64,000 nucleotides of DNA from Asterias rubens. Taxonomy: Eukaryota. A program made the position numbers and the translations under genes. Positions 1 to 13,100 of this stretch are shown here, in pieces. The notes below the pieces were generated by a model. That model made no database searches. It had not been told where the DNA came from and worked only from the letters and a program-made list of their open reading frames with translations. The first letter of the stretch is position 1. Each line of letters opens with the position of its first letter. The stretch lies in the NCBI RefSeq assembly GCF_902459465.1, contig NC_047081.1, forward strand, positions 12,586,001-12,650,000, in the 5' to 3' direction.

Positions 1-645
1 TACAAGAAATTTCTTTTATGTGGCTGTGTGGTTTTGAATAGAACAGGCAGTCTACTTCAAGCTCTCTTATATAAACAGCATGTTCCATTTCACCTAAGGA
101 GACGTTATAACTTATACACAAAAGAGATCCATATGTAAACAGACCCTGTATGCAGCATAATAGCAACTGACACACATTAACAAACTGCAAATTAAGGGTT
201 CAGAATGAATGTGTTCATTTGTAATTTCTCCACATACTCCACAAGTATTACATTGTTACTCGAGGTTACACTGGTTACCAGTTCAACAAAAATTAGCATT
301 TAAAGTTGTTTTCATATAACTTGTTAAACCGTTCATGGTTTAGCACCAATGAACATTAAGGAGCTCATAACCATGAAATCACTCAGGGTTTAGCACCAAT
401 GTTCATTGACTAGCTCATATAATCTTCAAATCACGCTCTCAATTATCTTACCGTCTTACATGTAGGAGTTCACAAGACCACACACTTTTAACTTACCCTT
501 CAAGAACATCAAAGGCAACCGTAGGTGATCGAGAATTTCTTTTTGCTGCTCCTAAACTATAAATAATCTCCCTCCTTGTATTAGACAATCATGCTCGCTT
601 GATGTATTTAAAAAACTTTTGTTTATGATTAATTCTTTCTAGTAC

Positions 646-878
646 TGGGTGCGTTTGATTAGCTTCCCAGGGTCCACCCTGGTCTGCCCCCTGGTACGCT
701 CGAATAGCTTTGACTCCATTCCAGGGGCTCACCCGGGTCAGCCCCAAGTGCCCCGCTTGTGGGACAGGTCACTTGCGGCTGGCCCGAGGTGCATGACGTC
801 GTTCGATTGGCTCATGTTGGGGGCTCACCCGAATGACCAACGCGGGGTCGACACAGGGAAGCTAGTCGAACGCACCCA
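646..878. mobile_element. MITE with about 35-bp terminal inverted repeats in an OGDH intron
   Basis: Left end tgggtgcgtttgattagcttcccagggtccaccc vs reverse complement of the right end tgggtgcgttcgactagcttccctgtgtcgacccc; GC-rich non-coding interior with ggggctcacccg twice. Confidence 0.75.
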
Positions 879-1163
879 ATGTTAGATGTATTTGTTTTTT
901 GTAGCGCGCAGTAGAGTTTATTAATATATTTATTACCGATTTAAATGTTTCATATAGTTACTACTATGGCCCAGCATTCTTCTGCAGATGATCAGAGACA
1001 TACTGAGTGAAACATAAAGTTTTTAAATCACCGGTTCGTTTCAGAACCACCACAAATCAACCAGAGAGTTTGATGCACATGGTGTCTCGGTAAACTAAAT
1101 CATGAAACAGACATCAACCCTTTTTTAGGCCAGAGCTGGTGAGGGAGTAAGGTCAATAAATAC

Positions 1164-4100
1164 CTCCATGTAGACTGTAATCTTCTGGAACGCTGCTAAA
1201 CTTAGTGCCGATGTCTTTCAAGATGTCTTCACTGATTCCAGTCGATGGGTACCGGAGAGGAACATCATGGTTGAAAAATCCTGACCACAGATTAGAAGAT
1301 CACAGTTTTCAAAACCAACATATATTGTACAAAGGTTGTTTCTTACAACGTCTTTAAACATTAGAGTGTGGGTTTGGGTCACAGTAGTGTCTTTGCTATG
1401 TCCTGGGGAGATGGGACGTAAACTGATATAAAAACTCACTCACGCTATCATTAAGAGAAATGTGTTTGTCCCTAGTGTTTCTGGCATGGTTGATTCAAAC
1501 ATAGCTCTGCTTACATGCAATGAAATATGAATGCAAGTATTAAAGGCACCTAACTTGTGATAATGTGCTGAATAAGAAATGTGCTGAACTTAATCAGGGT
1601 CCGGAAGGATTCATAGCCTGGTCCCTTCAATAACTAACAAGAATTATAACTTAAATTGCATTATTGAATAGAGGGAACCCAACACAGAAACCACACCTTC
1701 AGATTATAGCGAATGAGTAAAACAACTACCTGTCCATGGTGAATCAAGCCAGTCTGAGTTCTTCACATTTTGGATGGTCTTAGCATTTTGATATGCATCC
1801 TCACATATCTTATCATATCCAGCCAGCTCCTCCTACATAGTGGGGGAAAGGGGATGGTTTTAATGTAAGCCTTATATATAGCAATCATCCAGCTTTCATA
1901 AATTATAAAATAAAATAAAAAGATTGACCGTCTAAACCGTGTACTGAATATTCATGGGTTTTTTTTTTTCATTTCTGGTAAAGCAAGACTCTGTCCTGTG
2001 TTTTATCTAATTGTCAATGGTGCAGGTGAGAAAATTGGACATCAGCCGAACGGTTGCCTGCCTGAATAATGATGGTAACAATTAGAACAACATTCTCCTA
2101 AAACGTGCACTGTACATCCTATGAACTTCTTATATGGGAAGTAATTGAGATTAAAGACACACACAAAATACTGAAAATATACTAAAGCCAATAAACAAAA
2201 TGACACTGATAACATGAAATGTTACACTGCTAATAAAGTCACCTCAAATTCTTCCTGAGTCATGACACCTTCTTTGATCTTGTCTCCAGCATACTTGGTT
2301 AGAGCCGGTGCGTGGTTACGAATCTTCTTGTACATGAGGGGCTGTGTGAACATTGGCTCGTCCATTTCATTGTGGCCATTTCGTCGGTAGCAAACCTTAC
2401 AAGACAAACAATTTATTTATCATTTTATAAGGCTATTCAATGTAATATCAAGTTTACCGGTACATGTATATTAAAAGAAGGTAAAAACAATACTAATCAG
2501 CTGAAACACAAATACTGCTGGAACAATAAGGTTGAGCCGCTGGCATCATGTATGGGTGCCTGTGGTAATCAGCCACACGAACCCATTTATAATGACAACA
2601 GCACACAGCCAGAGGTTGTAAGTGTGAGAGTCCCAGAGATAAGGCAGAGAAGAGAACCAATACACAACTCTACATACATTAGGACCAAGCTGGGAATCAA
2701 ACCAAAGCCGCAGTGATGAGTAGCAAGTGCTTCATGATCTAACAAAAGTAGGTTCTTAGATGGCACATAACATACTAAATACTAGATCATGGTGCTGTTT
2801 AACTTTATTATCTCTCGTCTTCAGTCATACTATAACCATTCTTGAAACATTCTCAACTCTCTTGCCAGGAAGCACAAAAGTTCAAACTGCTTACATAATA
2901 TCTCAACATTCACAAGCTCCTGTTTAACTCCCCCATGAAGAGAAGCAATTATGGTTAAGGAATTGAATACTCACTCAACTCCATGGGAAGCAGACAAGCA
3001 ACTTGATACTGCTTATACATCTACATGTACAGTGTGAGTGTAATGGGTTACATTAGGTGCTCAGAAATAACACAATCTCAGCACATGGGTTCCCCTTTAT
3101 ACATCCAGATAAAAAGAAGCAATTGATGGTTAAAGTAGCAATTACTCACTAAGTCAATAACGACATCCTTGCCAAAGGTGCATCTCCACTGAGATGCTAC
3201 CTGGCATACGTACATCACAGCCTCAGGATCATCCGCATTCACATGGAATATTGGTGCGTTGACCACGCGGGCTACATCCGTACAGTAAGGTGAAGACCGC
3301 GCATAACGAGGATCGGTGGTAAATCCAATCTAGAAGAATAAAACACAGGATGTCTAAACAAAACATTTACTTACGGGAAGACAAAAGATTTGAAAAGATT
3401 CAAAGAGGGGATGTTATGATTGTTTTTTAGTTTCCTGAAGCTTAGATAAAGTCAACCCAAAATGCGCTTGTAATCAGTTTTGCACAACTGTATAATGCAC
3501 TGGTAGATTTCACCAATATACATGACAGAGGGTTTTTAGTCACCCTCTATCATTGTATAGTTCAAGTCTTTCTTGTAGCAAGCAAAGAACAAGATAACGG
3601 AGACTACCAGCCTGTAAGTTGGAAAGATGTGAATGCTTATGTCTCGCACGGATTGTGCAAAGTGAATGTACATCAAGATCGCAATGTGGTCAATATTTCG
3701 TAGCACTTTCCAGTGAACTTTTTTACAGTTAATTCTAAACTGCAAAATTAGACTTTCCAGGCTTCAATGGAAGGATTCAGAGTTTCACGATCCATCAGGC
3801 TGTCACAGAAAAATGCAAATGCTTGGAGGTTTATGAATATTCATTCCTTTCCTTCAGAGATATTGCCTAAATTTATTCAAGTTCTTTTTAACTTTGTGTA
3901 AATATTCATGAAGGGCTTGGTGCCAGGACCCAATTGGCCATGGTTGTTTGGGGTCAATATTAATTATTAAGTATGCACACTTTTGACCCAGAGGGGATAC
4001 CCCAACATGAGGAGCAGTGAACCTCAAGTTTAACCTTTCAGCTTATTTGCATAATCTTGGGGGTAAGTGTATCATAACAAAGGATCAGGGTGTCGGCTCA

Positions 4101-7100
4101 TAGATTGTAAATAGAAGTGTGTGTGAAGTATATGGGAAAGGATAGTGGGAAGAATTCAGTTGAGTCTCAAGTGGTGAAGAGTACATGCCATTTTGTTCTG
4201 CTGCTCTGCTGTTCTGCTGCTATTTGTACAGATATAGGTACAAGCTGTTCCTTAAAACCCATAATATTAAGGGAACATTTTCTGCGAGCCAGATTATATT
4301 TTGCAGCCAGATTAAATTTATGCCAGCTGAGTGCGGAGGGTTTGATTTATCCACCCAATATTTAACTATGGCAACAAGGGAGACAGGTTGGACGACCCGA
4401 TCAACAACTATGGCCTTTATGGGAGTGTGAAGGGCGCAGTTGTGTTATATGAACATCCCACCCCTGCATGGAGTGGAAGTGAGACGACGTGAGTCAGATT
4501 TGTACGGCGAGGGGGAACGTACGCCCACCATCGTGAGAGAGGATGCGCTGGATGGGCAAGTTTCGAGTATACAGCAAAGAGTGAACTGTAGACATTAGTA
4601 ATAATTCCCCTCAGCCAAGTAATTTATTGCGAGTACAGTGGGCGTCCCAAGGTGTTGGGACAGACGACAAAAGGAAGTCAACGAGGAGACATTTTAGTTT
4701 TGGGAAGTGACAAACGAGATATTTTGAAGAACGGTGGTGGGGGATATTCATCCTCAGTTGGGAATTTATTTAACGCACTTAAGTTTGTATTGAGAATACT
4801 GCTGTGGAAACAAGGTGCTCTTTTTTTTCTTTAATTGTAGAGCCTAAGATAATCGTGGGGTTTTACTCGAGCTCGAGGGAGATTTGCTGGAGTTGATTTG
4901 TTTTATAATAAAATATAGTACCAATGCAAGAAATTGTCTTTCACGTATTATTTATTGTAGTTTGAATTCGGGAGGCGGATCGGTTACCCTTTGTTCTGAC
5001 ACAGGCTATCAATCAGTTTTGATATTGAGACCAAGTAAAGCCCAGATCATACTTCCTGCGAATGCGAAGTGAATTTGACGTGAATTTGATGTCACAACTA
5101 TCCTTTCGCAGCGATATTTGCAAGTGAGTTGAATGGAGCTGAACTGCTGCGAATATTCGTTGCGATTTTTGTGACGCCAACATTCACTTCGCATTCACAT
5201 TTGCAGGAAGTATGAACCGGGCTTTAATCTTGTTTGTCTTGGCTCCTAGTAGTTATTACCCACCTGATTGTTAACTACAACATGAATAGTGCCGTGCGTT
5301 GAGTAGTCTCGTAGATCAGAGAGATGGAACGTCTCAAACACAACACCCTGACCAGCAAAGGCAGCGTCACCATGCATTAAAATACTCATCACCTTCAACA
5401 ACAAAACACAAGATACATTATTGTCACTTGAAGCAACACAATAACAAAACTAGTGAGTAATTTTTTGCCGGGGATCCTTTTTTTCAAAGGATGAGTAAAG
5501 TCAGATGAAGTGATAATTGATAGTTACCCTCTTCCCTTCAGTGTCCCCACGGTAGAACTGTTCAGCTCGAACCTTCCCCTGGACAACAGGATCTACAGCT
5601 TCAAGATGGGATGGGTTGGCCACAATGGCAATGTTGATGTTCTTCTTTGTGATGTGGTTGAGGCGAGAGTGTGCCATACCAAGATGATACTTGACATCAC
5701 CAGAACCCTAAAAGGAAAGGAGCAGTTCAAAGTTAACCCCTTGCAACGACTTCACATGTGACTAGTGTCTGGTTATGGTCTGCCATTTTGGGAGTTCAAA
5801 AGCAAGTACAGATACGGTGAATGTATGTTCACTACACTGTATAACACACAGGGATACTGATTCCAACAATGTAGGACCAACACCTAATGATATTTGAAAC
5901 CCCAGAAGTCTAAGACATATTTTTGATTTAAAAGGCCATGTGCTACACTGTAATATTAGACCATCATAATCTTGAGATCTCAATCTGGCTGTTTGGAACA
6001 TTTCAATTGCATGTAAAACTGAAGATAAAACCTGTCACATTATGATGGCGTTTGAAGGCAGTTTGGAGTCTAAAGAGTACAACTGACCTCATCGGCTGCT
6101 TCTAGCTTGGAGTCAAACTGAGAGAAGAGATGTTCCAGTGGCTTGCGGGCTACGTTAGCGAGGACATTCAAACGACCGCTGTGTAAATCAATTGACAATT
6201 ATAAACACTAAATATAAGATAACAAAGCAGTTGGAAATTTGAACACTAGCAGAGTCTTTCTCTGAGGCTAAGTAAAAATAAGATCAACTGAAGCCTCCAG
6301 TTGTCTCTGTCCCATTTGAAAAACCAAGGTTCAATTTTATAGAGCTGATTAAGCACAAAAAAAGTAATCTCACCGGAATAAGGTTAACAGCTAAATACTA
6401 TGTCACATGAAGCATCTTTGACTGATATCCTGCTAATTTTTGCTTAGCATAAAACTGTTAAGCCAAATGGTCTGCTCGGGCCCATCAAGTTAGGACTGTT
6501 ATGCGGGTATGAAATATTAACTGTGCTCAATTACATAAGGCATCTCCATATTAGAAGATTTCTGCTGACAACCTATTAAGAAATTGGTCTGAAAGGGGTT
6601 TAATATTATTATTGATAATGCATCCTACCGATGGGGCATGCCGATGACGAAGCTCTCGACCCCTTTACCACTGCACACATCAATAATGCTCTTAAGGGCA
6701 GGGACAAGTACTTCACAACCCTCTAGTCCAAAACGCTTCTCTGCTGACCACTTCCTGGCTAAAAACTCTTCAAACCTGAAGGGCAGAGAATAATAAATAT
6801 CACACAGGGTCATTTCACATCATTTACATGTAATGTCCAAGATTGGGCTTTCTCAATCATCACGTAACAAGACAACAGTCTAAATTACTAAAGACTCCTA
6901 CAGGTGTAAGTATAATACAAACAAATTGGAAAACGAAACTAAAAATAGCTATGATGTTTTTTCCTTGAAACTATTATTATTGTTTTTGTTTACGTTCAGG
7001 GTCAATTGTCTTAAAGTTAGTCATGCCAGTGTCATAATACTGTTCATGAATGGGTCATTTTTTTCGGAGTAATTATAAATTAATTTTATCCCAAACCCTA

Positions 7101-10100
7101 CTTCTAATCAATTCCATTCTTTGACTTTGAGAGCTTCTTGAAACTTAAAGTGTGAAGACAAAATGTGAAAATAGATTGGGAAGTCTGGCAGACAGGTCGG
7201 CAAAACCCACCTATGGGAGCGTATGAGACGTTCAAGTATGAGTCGTTTATCCATCTTAGTGAACTGCATAATGCCAGGAGTCTCAAAACGCTGACGTATC
7301 CAGTCACACTGATCACGGTCATTAATGAACATGTATTCAACTCCAATGCTGCGGCAGTACGTATCCTGTTAAAAAAAAAAAAAGCATTATATGTGTTTGT
7401 TCAATACATCGACCATGGTAATATATTCTAAATTCTATTGGTTGAGAATTCGAGAACCAATCACCAATCATGTGATGGTACCATTTTTCTCATCAGATGT
7501 AGAACAAACCATGGACCACATCAATGAGCTTATAAATGGACAATTCTTTTTACTATTGCCGTGTAAGCAACTTTACGAAATTGTGGCCTGATATTTACTG
7601 AAAACCTATTCCATGCAAGGCTCCAGTCTGAATATGGATTCGAACCAGAGTTCACAGAGAACATTGTGTTATATGTATAAAATATTACCTCCAAGCGTCT
7701 GATGATCTCCCTCAAGGGAAGAGCTGATTGTTCCCCACCAATGAACGTGGTCTGAGGCAGTGTAAACACCCTATCCATATCATGTTCATCTAGGAATAGA
7801 GGAAGAGAATAAGAAAACAAGGACTGAGGTACACAATACAAACTGTACTCAAACATTGTAACATGATGGTATTTTGATCCATTAAATTAGTTTGAAGGAA
7901 ACTTTGTGATGCTTCATTATCGAAAACTGTTTGGTTGTTGGTCACCTACAACACTTGTTGCATGTTTAGTTGTGAGGTGTTAGTTAGGTGTAAATCATCA
8001 ATAGGAAAAAACTATACGTTGTAGTTAGTTTCTTCCTATTTATTGAAACCATGCAAAAACCTCAAACAATACTAACACCATCAATGACGTTGCTATCCTT
8101 TCCACAGGACAAATTGCTGCCTTCTGGGAGCTTTTCAACATTCCAAACTGGTTTGTTCTTACATATTATAGGGTTAGCTTAAATTCTGTTAATTAAAGTT
8201 GTTGCGAATTTCAAATGCTACAACTCTGTGCGGATAGCAAAGCATTTGAGAAAACAAATGTATGCAGTTATACTGTTGGCTTATTGATACTTACAGGTTA
8301 AGGAAATTTCACTTAGAAATGACAAAGAATGAACATCTTTTGATAAGATTTCTTGATTTCTTTATTACAGTGAATAGTGATATTGGTAGAAAGATGAGAT
8401 GGTGAGTAGAGGGATGGATTAGTCTCATGATATGGTCACAAGTCTGCCCTTGCTCTGTGCAACAGTATAACAATATTTCATTTATACCTTGTTACTACTC
8501 GCCAAATGAGCTACAGTATGACACATGAACAATTATTTTAATGAACACAGCGACATTTAGACACACTTTAACACCACAATATACAAAAAAAGACTGTTTT
8601 TTTAAAGGTTACGCTGGTCTTTCATCAAAAAGTGGGTGAGGGGTTAGCCCTCACTAAGGAAAGAAACAAAGATAATAAAATGCAAGAATTTGAAAACTTC
8701 ACCAGAGCTGAACAAAAATCCCCCAAAAATGTTTGCGTGTTTATTTATTTTTCATTATTTTTTTTTATTTTTTTGGTGGGGGGGGGGGGAATGCTGAGAA
8801 TAGGAAAACTTAACCTCAAAAGTCAAGTGCTGCAAGTACGGTAATCTAAACTGTTGTCTTGATACGATCGCACAGACATGACAGAGCTAAATTGTTGTCT
8901 TGTTCTGATTGCTTAGAGCTAAATTATGTGTACAATGTTTAAGTTGTAACACAAACTGGCTTTAACCTAACCACTTGAAACCCATCAAAATCCAACAGAA
9001 ATTGATTGAAGACTTCACCTTCATGCAGAGAACTGGGCCCAATGTCTAGGTAGCAGAGCCTTGAAATTGGGCCCTAATCTCTGCTTCAACTGTACTGCCA
9101 TAATCATACTATATAGACCAACCATAATCAGAGTCCAACAATTTGGGCGTTGAGTTACAGTCATGTAGCATGGTGTTGGATTTTTGTTAGAGTCAGATAC
9201 AATCCTAGTAAATCCCACAAGGGACTTAATATCAAAGAAAAACTACATTACAATGTTTAGACATGAACAACATCTCCACCCCAACCAAAGTTCAATTTTA
9301 GTACATAGCTTTATGTCTGTCCTTATGACAATCATAGTCTACACTGTACATCTAGTTTTTGTTTGAGGTTTTCAATGAGCTATATATGGTTACTTTTCAA
9401 CTAGGCGCTTTATTGACGCTTTAGTCAAAACCTCTTATAACTGTGGCTAGTTTGGATCATTTCCAACAACTATTAGAACTCATGACTATCTATAACTGTG
9501 ACACTGAAATGCAAACATCAAACTCAAAGTCCAAGGAAAGCCCTACAGCCTTGTTCCCACTGTTGAAAGATAACAAGTTAATTATATACCAAATCTTTGT
9601 TTCCTGAACCAACTAAATGTACAGTTTCAGATCTCTCACTCTTTGCAGTGATATCGCAGGGCGGAGTTCAAGTTCTTATCATTCCTACATGAAAGAAGGT
9701 AGCACCCATACATTAATATTGAAACTCCCTCCCCCTCACCATAAATAGTTTAAAGAGTTTTACAACAAATTAGTATTTTAAGGGTATTTCAAATGACAAA
9801 ATGTGTAAATTGGTTTGTAAGGAATTAAGTACACTGTAATTAGTAATGAATGTCGTTAAATTAAGGAATGGTATGTGAGTATGATGTAAATATTTTATCT
9901 TTGTTCAATTTTGTTGACAGATCAATGCCACTTTCAATTTTCAACAGACACTTCCAATGGAAAATCTATTAAGTCTATTTAGAAATCTTAAGGGACCCCC
10001 AAGGCCAAGATCTGGGCAACTAAGGCGGCCTTCGGGTATGTGGCCTTCAGGTTTGTCAATGCATTTAGAGCAAGGGTCAATGCATGTTGCATTCATTCAT

Positions 10101-13100
10101 GACAAGACCTTGCAAATCATAATAAAAAAAACATTTGCAATGCAAACATGTACTGTACAGGTATGCATTGCAGAGTACACATTAAATGCCAATGCTAATC
10201 AACAACGACAATGAGACACACATCACTTCCCAGGTTTTTAAAAAAAAGGTGTTAAGTACAACAGCTGTATCCTCGCCTACAAAAATAATGGCCTGTCATC
10301 TATCTCTGGGATTTCCATTTATCTTCATGTCAATGATCATTGTATTGTACACTAGCCATGCTAGCAACACAGTGGATTGTACAGGATAGTCGGTTGGAGC
10401 GATTGATGTTTGGTATCATACACCATGAATTTTAAAGAGTACACAGCATACTCAGTGTTTCCTTTTCTGAGAGTACATGTATGTGCTTACAAACTCAAGG
10501 AAGTGTTTAAATATCAACCTGTGTGCCGAGGGTTGACCCATCTTTGAAGTGGGCGAGGCCATACTGATTGTTCAGATTGTTCAATAAGAATAAAGGAAAT
10601 GTTGGGAATAGTTTGGAACAGACAATGTGGAAGGTTGGCTTGTGTAACTTTATTCTGCTTTAAAAAATAATTGGTTTAAAAGCAGTTATCAGGCACAGAG
10701 CTGTGTCGGCCAACAATTTACAATTTGTTTAGATTGAACACCAGTCACAATAGGAGACTTTCCAACGCTAGGCAGCAGCAGACATACCGGGTAAATTTCC
10801 ATTGTTTACGTAGTTCTGAACATGCGCATAATTCTGAGAACAATGGATTTACCCGGTAAGTCTGCTGCCCTCTATCGTCCCAGAAAGTCTCCCATTGTAT
10901 GTGACATGGTATTTTAGCTGTTAACCTTAGTCTGGTAAGCATAACTTTGTTGTGCTACACAAAAAGTTTCGCTTTTAGCAGCTCTATGCTATTGAGCCTT
11001 GTTTTTTACCCAAACAAGATCTTTCTACAGCAAGCAAATCTTTGTTCCTACATTGAATCAGCCTACATGCAATGTATCAATTTGCAATTTATTAATTAGT
11101 TAGAGGCAATGTTTGAGTATGAACAGATAACAGGGTACATATGTGACTAACACTAATCGTCTTGACAAAGTTATAACTTTTTTAAAACAGGCATTAGTGG
11201 CACTACAAATGTCTACATTATTAGTGACTATGTGGACATACAAAATACATGCAGATGTTTGAGGTTATCTAACATGAGGATGTACATGACATACAGTGTG
11301 AGAGGGAACAGTGTGCGAAAACAAAGTAGTAAAGACTTTCATAGATCACTAGCGAAAATTAATGAAAGTTGGCTTGGTGAAAATGCTATAATAAGCAATT
11401 TAATTTTTCCTAAAAATGCCTGAGTTTGTTCAGTAACCCTAGTCATACATTGTAGTACGGGTGTGTTAAACCACAGACACAGTGGATATTTACCTCATGA
11501 ACACTTCACTCAATGATGAAGGCCCAACCTTTCTTTGCGGATATCAAGTTTCTTTTTGGATCAAGTAAAATACATAGTTGTCTGCAGTGTCATTTATTAT
11601 AAGTGAAAGTCATAAAAAGAATGTGTACTGTTATAAATGACAATGGCTTCACTTGTGTCAAAATCTGACCAAATATTTTTGAGGGCCCATTCTTACAGGG
11701 ACACCCAAAGTAAACTTTGACAATATCAAGTCAAAGCGTGTTAAATTCCCAATCAGTCTTTTGCTCAATTGCTATTTAAGCAATTCAACCTTTGTTTTCA
11801 TACTGACCTTCCAACAAAATTTGAAACACTCGCAGCAAAACCAATAATCTTCACATTCGCACACTGATGCCCTCGTGTAAGTGATCAGTGAAAAAAGGAG
11901 TCCAAGATAAAAAAGGGCATCCATTGTTAGTTCTCTCAAGTCACCTGAACCTTACCCATCTTATAATTCTTGGCCTCAAGCTCTGGTGGTATCTCACTGT
12001 TCAGATCTGGATTGTTGATCCCCAACGGATCCAACTTAGAAATATTATGGCCCCGAATCTGAAAGGTAACATTCTGGTTTAATCCTTGTTTTCATACAGA
12101 GTGTACTTAAAATGAAATGGGAAGGGGCACGGTGGACTGCCAAGGAGAGGGTCTCCAGACCCATTATATTTGAGAGTATTAACATGGAGTGACCAGTTGT
12201 CTTTGGTTACATGGTTGCTTGACACCATTTTCCGTCCATAAGATACACTTGTAACCCAATGTCCGGTCCAGTCTGGCACCCTGATACTGCAATAATGTCT
12301 GCCGATTGCCCTCTCTCAATATGCTGACTTGTTGTAGAGAACTTTAAGCTGACAATGTACAGTTATGTGTAATCACAGTTTAAAGTTCAATGTCAACATG
12401 TTTGGCCTTCCCCTCTGCAGTGTATTTAAAATCAGGGACACATTACAGGGGACCTCCATGGTGGATTACACAAAGAGTTAAGACTACTCTTATCTGCAAT
12501 TAGGACAAGACTTCTTAAAGACTATTGTACCTTAAGTTTTTAATAAGGAATAGACCCCCCTGGCGTTAAACTTGAAGGGGGGCACATCAATTTTGCTCTG
12601 GTCCGAGGTCCAAGGCACTTCTTTTGAAAATGTAAAGTTGTGTTGAACCCGCATCCCTTAGAAAGAGTTTTGCAAAAGAAGGGGCACCACTGTCAGCAGT
12701 TGCTGTTGGTGCCTTAAATAGTTCTTTAGTTGTTGGCCTAACCAATGTACATGTACCTCCATGGCCTGACATTACAATGTACAATGGTCATTGATGAGGA
12801 CTTGATAGATCCCCCCCCCCCCCCCCCACCTTTGAGGGATGAAGGAGGATCATACTGTGAGTGGGCATTCGTTTGTTGCTTTATAGCAGTACACTGGGAT
12901 CATTTCATACAGGAAACCTCCATAGGTAAACAAAGTGTACAGATTGAGGTGCACTTTGGAGGTAGATTTCTACTGACAATTTAAGGATTACACAGTTGGG
13001 CTAGTGGCCAGGGTTTTATCTTGATAACAGTTGATAAATCGCTTTATCTTTCTCCCTGAAAATGTACACATATTGCACATGTATGGACAAGTGGACAAAC

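Noticed and set aside
497-551. 55-nt segment with good AG/GT on the OGDH strand (EQQKEILDHLRLPLMFLK in frame 0)
   Set aside because: Its length and phase would frameshift OGDH after the phase-1 exon 1164-1280, and it does not resemble the expected next exon (GLxRxL...VDWALAE). At most a poison exon.
3579-3703. Plus-strand coding-like stretch after tcttgtag ([24 protein letters not shown]...)
   Set aside because: Short, no recognisable family and no partner exons; probably chance or a repeat remnant.
11867-11875. RGH codons on the minus strand suggesting a third OGDH alternative exon
   Set aside because: No AG acceptor in the right place, no LDPLG motif, and the nearest donor gives the wrong phase.
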